Of a DNA stretch of 49,814 nucleotides, positions 9,094-18,516 are shown piece after piece. The notes below the pieces were generated by a model. It was not told the DNA's origin, did no database searches, and was given only the letters and a program-made list of their open reading frames with translations. How positions within the stretch are numbered: the stretch's first letter is position 1; the number at the start of each line of letters is the position of its first letter. A program made the position numbers and the translations under genes. Location: positions 1 to 49,814 of the forward strand of contig CAXXSM010000044.1 of assembly GCA_963663405.2 (NCBI GenBank), read 5' to 3'. This stretch comes from a bacterium (lineage in GTDB: Bacteria > Hinthialibacterota > Hinthialibacteria > Hinthialibacterales > Hinthialibacteraceae).

Positions 9094-11937
9094 TTAGTAA
9101 GAAACCAACCGCGCTTCTCCTTCTTTCAATCCATCTGATTTTGCTTTAATACGAATTTCTCCCGTCTCTCCATCGATTGTCCGGAGAATCAGCATCGCTT
9201 TTCCAAAAAACAGTTTTCTGGAATCGGCATGGAAGGGTTCGTACGAGAGTGGATTTCCATTCCCCACACCGGCGATATCCGCCGGGCCTTCGATTTCGAA
9301 CTCAACTTTATTTTCCGCCAATGGACAGAGAGTCCCATCTTCATCCAGCGCTTCGATTAAGATATACGACATATCCTCTCCAGACGCGTCAAGTTTAATA
9401 CGATCGGGAGTGAGCCGAATCGCTGTGGGCTCCTTCGCTGTGCGCATGACGGATTCACCGATGATCTGCCCATTTTTATACGCTACCGCTTTCAGTTCGC
9501 CCGGCTCATAGATGACATCCATCCAACGCAGCCGGTATTTATCCAGCACGGCGTAGTAGGGATTTTCGACACGCTCGGGATAGACACAAAATTCCCAGAA
9601 ACCGGGCTGCGCCCGGCGGTTTAGTTCAGTGAAAACGATTTGGATATACCGCGCTTCGGCGTTCGTTTCGTGGGTCATGCGCTGGGTGGAACCTAACCAA
9701 TCGTTCTTTTCCGCAAGAACCTTCCAATCCGAACCATTTTGAGACGCTTCGATGCGGTATTGATAATTACGCGCTTCCTGGTCAAAGAGAATATCGATAA
9801 AACCAACATGCTGCGATTCCCCCAAATCGACCCGCCACCACTTTACTGGATTTTGTCTGGATGATACCCAGCTCGTATTGCGCGAACCATCATTTCCATC
9901 GGGGGGAGCGTCTTCCCCTTCTTCCTCTCCCGATCCGATTGTGGCAGGTTTATTGAACGCGAGACTGATTGGCGCAGTGATGGTTTTCTGTTTGGAGCGC
10001 TTGCCCAGCGATCGGCCGTTTAGAAAGAGTTCCGCGGAGTCGCCATTGGTATAGACATACACCGGCACGGTTTGGCCAATGCGTTCCGGCCAATTCCAAT
10101 GAGGCAGAATATGTATGGTTGTCTCTTCAGGACGCCAATAACTGCGGTATATGAAAAAACGGTCTTTGGGAATACCACAGAGATCGACAATACCGAAATA
10201 GGAACTACGCGCCTCACGGCTGAACGGAGTCGGTTCGCCGAGATAATCAAAGCCAGTCCAAACGAATTCTCCACCTACAAAACGATCGTCCTCCATCAAT
10301 TGAAATTCAACATCGGCAAGGTCGGACCACCGGGCGGCGTTGTGATCGTAGGAATTAACTTGCAACGCTTCTTGATTGAAAGCGGTTTTCGAATCCGGCA
10401 GGGGCAGAGCGTAAAAACCGCGCGTGCTCAGCGCTGACGCTGATTCACTATAGAGGATAGGTTTGTCTGGATAGTTTTTGCGGTAATTCGCATACCGCCG
10501 GGCGTAGTTCCAACCGGTCATATCCACGGCGTCGAGAATGTGTTCATCCGCCGTACTGGGGATATGACAGCCAATCGTCACCGGGCGGGTTGGATCGTAT
10601 TCGCGTACAAAATCACTCATAAACGCGACTCGTTCCGCTGACTTGCCTTCCCGGCTCCAAGGTTGATTGGGGATCTCGTTGCCGATCGACCAGGTCACGA
10701 CGCTAGGGTGGTTTCGGTCCCGCATCACAAAGTTCCGGATCTGCCGTTCGCCATATTCCCGCAATGGCGGTTCGCCTCGAACACGTCCAGCGGTCCGGTC
10801 CCACTTATCAAAGGCTTCATCCCATACGACAAATCCCATCCGGTCACAGAGATCCAGCAATTCCGGCGCGGGTGGATTATGGCTGGTGCGTATAGCGTTG
10901 CAGCCCATATCCCGCATGATTTCCAATTGCCGTTCCATCGCGCGGGGATAGAACGTGGCGCCGAGAGGCCCATGATCGTGATGCAGGTTTACACCATATA
11001 ACTGAACGCGGCGGCCATTGAGATGAAAACCGTCATCGGCGGTAAAGCGGAATGTACGAATACCGAATGTTGATGTTTCTATATCAACAACCTTGTCATT
11101 GTCAAACACAGTAACTTGAGCGAGATATAAATTCGGATCATCGATATCCCAACGTTGTGGATTCAAGATCTTCAATATTTGCGTGAATTCAGACGAGGCG
11201 TTGGAGACGATGGACTCACTCTGTTTACTTTGTACGGCCAAGCGGCCTTGTGGATCGAAAAGTTCATAGAGAATAGACACCGAAGAATCAGCGTCACTGT
11301 GATTTTCAACCACCGCTTTGACTTGGATGGAAGCGGATTCTGTTTTCACTTCGGGTGTTGTTATGAATAGCCCCCAGTGCGCGGCATGTACCGGTTCGCA
11401 GATTGTGATCGTAACTTTCCGATAAATACCCGCGCCGGGATACCAGCGGGTACCCTGATTTTGTGTATCCACTTTAACTGCGATTACGTTCTCTTCGCCA
11501 ATATTAACGAAGGGAGTGGCGTCCACCCGGAACGACATATAGCCGTAATCCCATTCCCCTGCGAATTGACCGTTGATATAGATTTTCGGGAACGCCATCA
11601 CACCATCGAAATCGAGATAGACACGTTTCCCTGCGTCTTCTTGATCCAGCCGAAATGTCTTCCTATACCAACCAGCTCCACGCCAAGGCAGTTTGGCCGC
11701 ATACCCATTCTCTTCAGGATTAAAGGGTCCGGCGATCGCCCAATCGTGCGGAAGACGCACATTCCGCCATTCGGAATCATCATAAGCAGGTGAAGCCGCG
11801 TCTTCAGAAAGTTCACCTAAGTGAAATCGCCAGGATTTGTTAAAATTCTCCACCTTTCTCCCAGCATATGAGTAAACTGAAGAAGTCAAAATGAGAATCG
11901 ATAATACGAAACGTATAACATGGAAACTTATGCGCAT
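9094..11937 (-). CDS. GH2 beta-galactosidase-like enzyme with DUF4982 region and an inserted F5/8 type C (CBM32-like) domain
   Basis: Signal peptide; LPHDW, FDGV, WYPGAGIYR, GVNLHHD, IRTSHNPP, WSIGNE, YSES, WTGFDYLGEP and HILPHWNW motifs. Confidence 0.95.
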   Translation of the reverse strand: MRISFHVIRFVLSILILTSSVYSYAGRKVENFNKSWRFHLGELSEDAASPAYDDSEWRNVRLPHDWAIAGPFNPEENGYAAKLPWRGAGWYRKTFRLDQEDAGKRVYLDFDGVMAFPKIYINGQFAGEWDYGYMSFRVDATPFVNIGEENVIAVKVDTQNQGTRWYPGAGIYRKVTITICEPVHAAHWGLFITTPEVKTESASIQVKAVVENHSDADSSVSILYELFDPQGRLAVQSKQSESIVSNASSEFTQILKILNPQRWDIDDPNLYLAQVTVFDNDKVVDIETSTFGIRTFRFTADDGFHLNGRRVQLYGVNLHHDHGPLGATFYPRAMERQLEIMRDMGCNAIRTSHNPPAPELLDLCDRMGFVVWDEAFDKWDRTAGRVRGEPPLREYGERQIRNFVMRDRNHPSVVTWSIGNEIPNQPWSREGKSAERVAFMSDFVREYDPTRPVTIGCHIPSTADEHILDAVDMTGWNYARRYANYRKNYPDKPILYSESASALSTRGFYALPLPDSKTAFNQEALQVNSYDHNAARWSDLADVEFQLMEDDRFVGGEFVWTGFDYLGEPTPFSREARSSYFGIVDLCGIPKDRFFIYRSYWRPEETTIHILPHWNWPERIGQTVPVYVYTNGDSAELFLNGRSLGKRSKQKTITAPISLAFNKPATIGSGEEEGEDAPPDGNDGSRNTSWVSSRQNPVKWWRVDLGESQHVGFIDILFDQEARNYQYRIEASQNGSDWKVLAEKNDWLGSTQRMTHETNAEARYIQIVFTELNRRAQPGFWEFCVYPERVENPYYAVLDKYRLRWMDVIYEPGELKAVAYKNGQIIGESVMRTAKEPTAIRLTPDRIKLDASGEDMSYILIEALDEDGTLCPLAENKVEFEIEGPADIAGVGNGNPLSYEPFHADSRKLFFGKAMLILRTIDGETGEIRIKAKSDGLKEGEARLVSY

Positions 11938-12005
11938 GGTATATCCCCTATAAATATATAAATTTAAATCGAGGGAGTCTTACTAATCAAACCATACAAT
12001 GGGGG

Positions 12006-12052
12006 AAAAATAAATACGGGTGGGAAAGATTGGATAACCTTCTTTCCCACCT
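12006..12052 (-). terminator. Probable intrinsic terminator of the 12085-12780 gene
   Basis: GGTGGGAAAGA / TCTTTCCCACC stem followed by a T-rich tail on the minus strand. Confidence 0.6.
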
Positions 12053-12084
12053 CGTTCTAAGATGTGGTTTGATGTGAGATTTTT

Positions 12085-12780
12085 TTAGCGTTGGAAATTG
12101 CGCATCCGTTCCCGGATTTCTTCGAGTTCCTTGTTGATTGCGTTGACTTTTTCTTTCCAAGCGTCTTCCTGTTCTTCAGTAAGAATTTCATTCACTTTGG
12201 TAAGAAAGCCTTTTTTCTCTTCTTGAAATGCTTTTTCGGCTTTTTCCCGTTCTTCATCACTGATCTGAGAGCCGAAAAAACCGAATTGGCCAGGGACGAT
12301 TTTTTTAGCGAGGGCAAGGGATAATGGTTGGATTTGTTGACGTTGTTCCTCTTTCAAATCAAGAAGGCGAAGTCCACGTAATTCGGGATCGGGACTGAAT
12401 ACTCTTATCATCATGAGGGCTTCTACTTCTTTGATTTCATTTTCTTTTAATACATCCACCAGACCTTTCTTCATATCCGCCGTAACTTTTTTCCGGTAGT
12501 CTTCGAAAAACTTTTGTCTTTCTTCATCACTCATGTTTTGAAAATCAGCGCCGCTGTTCCGCCATTCTTCGCGTCTCTTTTCGCTGATCTCTTGATAGAG
12601 CGAAACGACTTTATCTGTCTGTTTTTCATCCAGCATAAGTCCATCCGATAGAATCAAGGCCGCTTGAACTCTGAAATCCCCTACCAATGGCGATGGAGCG
12701 CCGCCTCCTGGCTGTGCTTGCGCCATCCCCGCCGCTAAGACCATCCCAAAAAGCAACATAACTTGAATCGCTCGTTTCAT
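12085..12780 (-). CDS. Secreted, highly charged helical protein (Spy/CpxP-like LTxxQ repeats)
   Basis: Sec signal ending AQA; LDEKQ, LKEEQ, MSDEER and ILTEEQ motifs; helical E/K/R-rich composition. Confidence 0.65.
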   Translation of the reverse strand: MKRAIQVMLLFGMVLAAGMAQAQPGGGAPSPLVGDFRVQAALILSDGLMLDEKQTDKVVSLYQEISEKRREEWRNSGADFQNMSDEERQKFFEDYRKKVTADMKKGLVDVLKENEIKEVEALMMIRVFSPDPELRGLRLLDLKEEQRQQIQPLSLALAKKIVPGQFGFFGSQISDEEREKAEKAFQEEKKGFLTKVNEILTEEQEDAWKEKVNAINKELEEIRERMRNFQR

Positions 12781-12971
12781 TCTCCATTCTCCTTTTGTTA
12801 ATTGATATACACTGCATGAAATTTCACATCTACATATAAAGATAAGTCATGAAATCCATGAATAATGTTCCTTTCTTTCTTGTTGCAGCGTCTCCTAAAT
12901 ATGAAACACAAAATGCAAGCATGTAACATATTTAAAAACTCTAACGATATATGTATATTTGTTTTTTTAAT

Positions 12972-13000
12972 TTGACTTTTTCTATATCCTCGATTATCTT
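12972..13000 (+). promoter_or_regulatory. Sigma70-type promoter
   Basis: TTGACT-N17-TATCTT, 35 nt upstream of 13035. Confidence 0.5.
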
Positions 13001-13034
13001 ATGATCGTTTATTCATAATACAAAAACAGGGGGA

Positions 13035-14603
13035 ATGATTATGCGGAATGCTCGATTCACAATTATTTTAGGATTATTGATTTCATTAAACGGTATTGGG
13101 TACAGCGCGGATACTCTGCAGGATTCACCGATCTATGTTACAGGAGGCTTCTCCGATCCTACCTGGAGTCCAGGAAGCGGCGCCGCTCCCGAAGGAGGAA
13201 CTATAGAGGATTTACGGCTATATGACGACGGGCAGACTAATGGAGACGCTGTCGCGGATGACGGCGTATGGACTTGTATCGTGTCAGGATTCGGCCCATA
13301 TGAAACGATTGACTGGAAAATCTCGAGTCCCGGCTGGTCTCCAATCAACGCGCCGGATTCCGCGCCGGATAATTTGAGCGCGACCGCCGATGAAAACGGC
13401 TCTATCAGTTTCTTCTTCGATACGAACCCTCAAAACGACGGTCTGTTGCCCGATGTTGGCCAACCGAACAACTACGGTTTCGCCTATTCAGGATCAACAT
13501 GGGACGCTATTCAACCGATCGAACTCATCTCCCTAACCGGCGATTTTCAAATCCAGCTGGGTGGAGCCGCGGATTGGGATCCAACGGATTTCCAATCGCA
13601 GATTTTATTATACGATGATGGAAACAATTATGACGAAGTTGCGGGTGATGATATTTTCACCGGTTCGGTGACCGGATTAGAACCAGGAATCTACGAATAT
13701 CAAGGTGTCATCGAATTGGAAGATTTCACGCTTCCCAAATTCACGGCGATCGGTTTCTCCACCGCCGAACGAAATATGAAATTCAACGTGCTCGATTCAG
13801 CTGAAATAATTGTGTTTCAATGCGATGGAAAGCGGCTTCGTATCGGTCCTGTTGCAGGCGAAGCAGCCGCCGGTCCACCGTTCTTCGCCCACTCTGAAGC
13901 GTGGGGAGAAGGATATACAGAATTGGAAGACATTGGAAAAGCCATCGGTTCCGTCTACTACAAAGAATTTATCGTCGCAGAACCGGGGAACTATACACTG
14001 CGCATCCGCGATAAATCACTGAAAGAATATCCTTATTCAGGCAATTACCCATTCACGACCACGGAAGCGAACCAAGAAGTCTTAGTCATCTTTGACTGCA
14101 ACCAGTATGATGACGGTTACGAACCTTCCACGAACATCGTGTTTATCATTGATAACGTGACGAAACAGCCTTTGAATGAGTGGGAATACATCCAACTCGT
14201 CGGAGATTGTATGATCGATTTCGGCGGGGAAAGTGATTGGAACGCCAGCGATGAAGGATTCATGGCTTTTGATGATGGTTCTACAGCGGATGGTGATGTT
14301 ATCGAAGGTGATGGCGTATATACGGTCCGTCTCGAAACCACAGCGACGGCTTCAAACAAGCTATTCAAAGCCGTAGGCCGGCGATTGGGTATGGAAGATG
14401 GAGAGTGGGATATACAAATCGGTGGACCGGGAGAAGGGATAACATATCAAGTAACGAATAACTTAATTTCATTCAGCTATACGCCTGGTGTATACACATT
14501 TCAAATCGATACACTGACCGGCCGCGTGGGACTGGGAGACGAACCTCCAGCGCGTCCATCATTGGAAATCCCAGTGGCTGTCAATGGATGGGAATTGCAT
14601 TAA
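13035..14603 (+). CDS. Secreted acidic multi-domain beta protein with three choice-of-anchor X-like (DDG...D...DG) repeats and C-terminal W-x-L-H motif
   Basis: Signal peptide; LYDDGQTNGDAVADDGVWT, LYDDGNNYDEVAGDDIFTG and AFDDGSTADGDVIEGDGVYT, each preceded by a 'G.F/C...W' segment; ends VAVNGWELH. Confidence 0.8.
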   Translation: MIMRNARFTIILGLLISLNGIGYSADTLQDSPIYVTGGFSDPTWSPGSGAAPEGGTIEDLRLYDDGQTNGDAVADDGVWTCIVSGFGPYETIDWKISSPGWSPINAPDSAPDNLSATADENGSISFFFDTNPQNDGLLPDVGQPNNYGFAYSGSTWDAIQPIELISLTGDFQIQLGGAADWDPTDFQSQILLYDDGNNYDEVAGDDIFTGSVTGLEPGIYEYQGVIELEDFTLPKFTAIGFSTAERNMKFNVLDSAEIIVFQCDGKRLRIGPVAGEAAAGPPFFAHSEAWGEGYTELEDIGKAIGSVYYKEFIVAEPGNYTLRIRDKSLKEYPYSGNYPFTTTEANQEVLVIFDCNQYDDGYEPSTNIVFIIDNVTKQPLNEWEYIQLVGDCMIDFGGESDWNASDEGFMAFDDGSTADGDVIEGDGVYTVRLETTATASNKLFKAVGRRLGMEDGEWDIQIGGPGEGITYQVTNNLISFSYTPGVYTFQIDTLTGRVGLGDEPPARPSLEIPVAVNGWELH

Positions 14604-14633
14604 AATTATCCGCTTAACGGTCAAGGCGATCGT

Positions 14634-15869
14634 CTATTGACCTTCAACAATCCAATCTGGATGCAGCGCGGCGTGCTTGATAGTCCGTTTTGTATTCGCG
14701 CCTTGTTGATAGGTGTATGTAATATGTAAGAGACCGTTTCTCGTTTGAATTAGAGATGGATAATGGAACATCCCCCCTTCTTGCCGTTCCAGGCGCCGCT
14801 TCCATTTCCATGATTTCCCTTCATCGTCCGAGATAGCCAGCATCAGACTGTACCGTCCTTCTTCCGTGTCATTGTACGCCATAACCCAGCGTCCATCTTG
14901 AAGCGCGATGGCTTCCAGACTGGCGTTTGGATTTGGAATATCAGTGATTTCCGCGTTCGTCCAGGTTTCCCCTTCATCGCTTGAATAACTGACCTGCGCC
15001 CGGCCCTGCATTATTCCTTCAGACCGCATGTAAGCGGCTAATGTTCCATCTTTCTTGCGAACAACACTGGGTTGATTCAAACAGGGTCCAACAATCGGTG
15101 AACCAGCGCGCCATGTTTTCCCCCCGTCATCGGATATGGCCATGAGGCCTACATAGAATCCATCCGAATAGAGCGGAAACAGTATCCGCCCACTGGGCAA
15201 AATATTCAGATGGGTCCGGGGCATCCAGCCTTTTTGACGGTTGCTTTTACTCTTCGCCGCTTTCACCAGATCGGCGTAAGGATCGGGCGCGTAGCCGCCG
15301 TAGTCAGCGTCTAGAAGCCCAAGAGATTGATATCCCGCTTCCATTGTCTCCGCGAACGCTTCGCCCGGCTTCAAGATCAGAATGTCTTGCCAGCGCCAAA
15401 CCGGCGCGCCATCCTTCAAGTAATCCTTGGATTGCCGGTATCGTAAAATGGAATCTTCCCAGTGATCGCCCGGCACGGCGATCCAAAATAGCCATAATTG
15501 TTCGCTCTGATCAATGAACAGAACGGGATTGCAGTCTGGGATCCCCGGTGTATCCGCCATTAAAAATGGTTCGCTCCACTTGTTGGCTCCTTTTTTCAAA
15601 CGAGCGCCTTGAATCAGAACATCGTACGCCGTTCGCTCACCGGATCCCCGGAACCAACACGCCAGCAGGCTGCCGTCGGAACATTCGACGATGCAACTCG
15701 AATGCACGTGTCTTTCCTGCTCCGGAAAGATGAATTCTTCTTGATAGTACGGATCACTAAACGCGGCCCGTATAAGGCAGAGAGAAAACAAACCGACTGG
15801 TAGAATCCATTTCAATAAATTCATACAATCTCGCTTGAAAATACACAATACATTTTGACTAAGATTCAT
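14634..15869 (-). CDS. BNR/Asp-box sialidase-like beta-propeller protein (GH33-like); start may be 15824
   Basis: Asp-boxes SDDGGKTW, SSDEGETW and SDDEGKSW; HSSCIVE; YPSLIQ; signal peptide. Confidence 0.88.
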   Translation of the reverse strand: MNLSQNVLCIFKRDCMNLLKWILPVGLFSLCLIRAAFSDPYYQEEFIFPEQERHVHSSCIVECSDGSLLACWFRGSGERTAYDVLIQGARLKKGANKWSEPFLMADTPGIPDCNPVLFIDQSEQLWLFWIAVPGDHWEDSILRYRQSKDYLKDGAPVWRWQDILILKPGEAFAETMEAGYQSLGLLDADYGGYAPDPYADLVKAAKSKSNRQKGWMPRTHLNILPSGRILFPLYSDGFYVGLMAISDDGGKTWRAGSPIVGPCLNQPSVVRKKDGTLAAYMRSEGIMQGRAQVSYSSDEGETWTNAEITDIPNPNASLEAIALQDGRWVMAYNDTEEGRYSLMLAISDDEGKSWKWKRRLERQEGGMFHYPSLIQTRNGLLHITYTYQQGANTKRTIKHAALHPDWIVEGQ

Positions 15870-15961
15870 ATTTAGTTCCTTTTCAATATGGACTTGATAA
15901 TCTATATAACCGAATGTTATAAGTTACATTCTAAAAAGTGTTCACTCAACGGATGATCCGC

Positions 15962-18424
15962 TCAACGGACACGCCATTCGTGAATCCCCGCGGAGAATTG
16001 TTCCTGCAATTTAACTTCCAGCCGTAATGCGTTGGTTTTTACGGTTTCAAAGACAACTTTGTTGAACTGATCTTTATTTACGCCATACGTTTCTTCCGTC
16101 CAAACAGGTTTCCACTTTCCATCAAAACGATATAAGATTTTCCATGACGCAGGAACGCGGCATTCTCCCTGACCGGTATCATCGAACCAATACACTTCAA
16201 CTGTCGAAACTTCATGCGATCCATCGAAATCGTATTGCGCCCATTCGGTTGTGCCTTTTTTAGGCCACCAATGGAAAAACTGCACGGAATGATCGTTTGA
16301 ATTTTTGGGTTCAATTTGGTCATTGATCGCGGTGGGTGTTTGACCGCCGGACGTTGTCACTACGCTGTTTGACGCGATTGTTGGAGCGCCTATTGGGCGA
16401 ACAGCGCTTTTTGTTCTCGGCAACCAGACCGCCATTTGGCCCTTTCCCCGATGCGCCCAGGCGTAGTATGGAATTGCGGTAAAATCTTGTATCTTTGATT
16501 TCGTATTGTCTCTGTTTTCACCAACATATTCAAATGCAGCCGCTTTTCCGCGAATCACCTGAATGCCATCAAACAGATTCGAACGATATTCTGTTCTTAG
16601 CGCTGTCGAATCATCAAGCAGGAGATTCAAAACACGCCCCTCCGGCTGATCCGGCCATTCGGCGCAATAGACAATAGGCCCACGTTGTAACGCTGCTTTT
16701 CCGCGATCATCTTTGACATTTTCATGCGCAATGATCCGGCGGATCGGCATGGGCAGGCGGAGTTCAATTGTATCGCCTTGCTTCCATTGACGGTCAATTT
16801 TGACATATCCTTTTTGTATACTGACTTGAACCGGTTTATTATTGACTTGCAGAACAATTCGATCCTTTCGTTCGTTAAGGAAAGAATATAAATCGCTTGG
16901 AACCGCTTGATTTTGCGCCCAACCTGGAATCCGTAAACAAAGAGTGAATCGGTCTGTTTTTTCGGGGCGCATATACACCTTGATATATCCATTCCAAGGA
17001 TACTGTGTTTCTTGTTGGATGGAGACGGTTTGATTCTCCATCTCAATTTCCGCTTCACTTTGCACATATAAATTCAAGTAAAGGTTGTCCTTTTGCGCCG
17101 CATAGACATAACCGGGAATCGACGCGAGAAAGCGCGTCATATTACCGGGACAGCAGGCGCAGCCGAACCAGGGGCTTCGTTCATGCTGCCCTTGCGATTC
17201 CAATGGATTGGGATAGAAGAATTTTTCTCCATCAAGAGAGATTCCGGAGAGCAGGCCATTATACAAGGTGCGTTCCATTACGTCTATATACTTTGCGTCT
17301 CCATGAAGCAGGAATAACCGGTGATTCCAATAGACATTGCCAATGGCCGCGCAGGTTTCACAATAGGCGCTCATATTGGGGAGTTCATAATTCTTGCCGA
17401 AAGCTTCTCCATGACTCGTCGCGCCGATTCCTCCAGTGATGTACAGTTTTTTCGAGACGACATTGTCCCATAAACGATCAATCGCCTGTTTGTACGATTC
17501 ATCACCGGTCAACGCGGCGACATCGGCGATTCCCGCGTACATGTACATCGCGCGCACCGCGTGGCCGACCGCTTCGTCTTGTTCGATGATAGGGCAATGA
17601 TCTTGGTTGTAAGGCCCCCATGGTTTTCGATCTTTTGTTTCTACGCCTCGAATATCTAGGAAATATTTCGCCAAATCCAAATATCGTTTATCCTTGGTGG
17701 CGCGGTAGAGACGAACCAAGCCCATTTCAATGATCTGATGTCCGGGCGGAATTTCAATTTTTCCAAGGCCGAATGTATCGTAAATTAAATTTGCGTTTTT
17801 AATCGCGACATCAAGAAAAGAACGTTTGCCCGTGGCCGCGTAATGCGCGGCGGCGGCTTCGTACATATGCCCGGCATTGTATAATTCATGACTGCCGCTC
17901 AGTTTCGACCACCGTTCCGGCCCCATCCAGTTCCGCAGTCTTTCATAGTTGTTCGTACGGCATGTGTAGAGATAACCATCTTCTTCTTGAGCGTCCGCAA
18001 TCATGGAAATCAGGTTGTCCAAGTAGGATTCCAGTTCTTCATCTTTCTTGACTGATAATGTGTAAGACGCGCCTTCCAAAATCTTGTATGGATCCGTATC
18101 GTCGAATGGGAAAGAGCCGCTGTGCCCGCCTTCCAACTTCCCCCCGGCGATCAAGAAATTGTCCATCCGGCCGTGTTCCTCACATTGTTTAAAAGCATAA
18201 GGGATTGTGACGGTTCGATTAGTTTCGATTCGCGGCTTCCAGAAGGCGTCGTTAAAATGAACGCAAGTAAACGGCGCCGGTTGGATCGGATAATCCAAGA
18301 CGCTCTTTTCCGATTCATCCGATGTAGAAGCCTGACCGGCGCTGTAAATCGGCGCTAGCGTCACGACAATCAGTATGTAACAGAGAATGAGACTACGATT
18401 CTGAATACAAAAATGTTTAAACAT
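15962..18424 (-). CDS. GH127 beta-L-arabinofuranosidase-like enzyme with C-terminal F5/8-like domain
   Basis: HELYNAGH, GHAVRA, YCETCA, CACCPGN and AIPYYAWAHRG motifs; signal peptide. Confidence 0.95.
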   Translation of the reverse strand: MFKHFCIQNRSLILCYILIVVTLAPIYSAGQASTSDESEKSVLDYPIQPAPFTCVHFNDAFWKPRIETNRTVTIPYAFKQCEEHGRMDNFLIAGGKLEGGHSGSFPFDDTDPYKILEGASYTLSVKKDEELESYLDNLISMIADAQEEDGYLYTCRTNNYERLRNWMGPERWSKLSGSHELYNAGHMYEAAAAHYAATGKRSFLDVAIKNANLIYDTFGLGKIEIPPGHQIIEMGLVRLYRATKDKRYLDLAKYFLDIRGVETKDRKPWGPYNQDHCPIIEQDEAVGHAVRAMYMYAGIADVAALTGDESYKQAIDRLWDNVVSKKLYITGGIGATSHGEAFGKNYELPNMSAYCETCAAIGNVYWNHRLFLLHGDAKYIDVMERTLYNGLLSGISLDGEKFFYPNPLESQGQHERSPWFGCACCPGNMTRFLASIPGYVYAAQKDNLYLNLYVQSEAEIEMENQTVSIQQETQYPWNGYIKVYMRPEKTDRFTLCLRIPGWAQNQAVPSDLYSFLNERKDRIVLQVNNKPVQVSIQKGYVKIDRQWKQGDTIELRLPMPIRRIIAHENVKDDRGKAALQRGPIVYCAEWPDQPEGRVLNLLLDDSTALRTEYRSNLFDGIQVIRGKAAAFEYVGENRDNTKSKIQDFTAIPYYAWAHRGKGQMAVWLPRTKSAVRPIGAPTIASNSVVTTSGGQTPTAINDQIEPKNSNDHSVQFFHWWPKKGTTEWAQYDFDGSHEVSTVEVYWFDDTGQGECRVPASWKILYRFDGKWKPVWTEETYGVNKDQFNKVVFETVKTNALRLEVKLQEQFSAGIHEWRVR

Positions 18425-18516
18425 GAATCAACTCCTCCACTGAAAAACTGGATTCATTATTAGTATTATGCAACTAACTTAATCCTTTTATTCTTATATA
18501 TTTCTGTACGTTTCTT

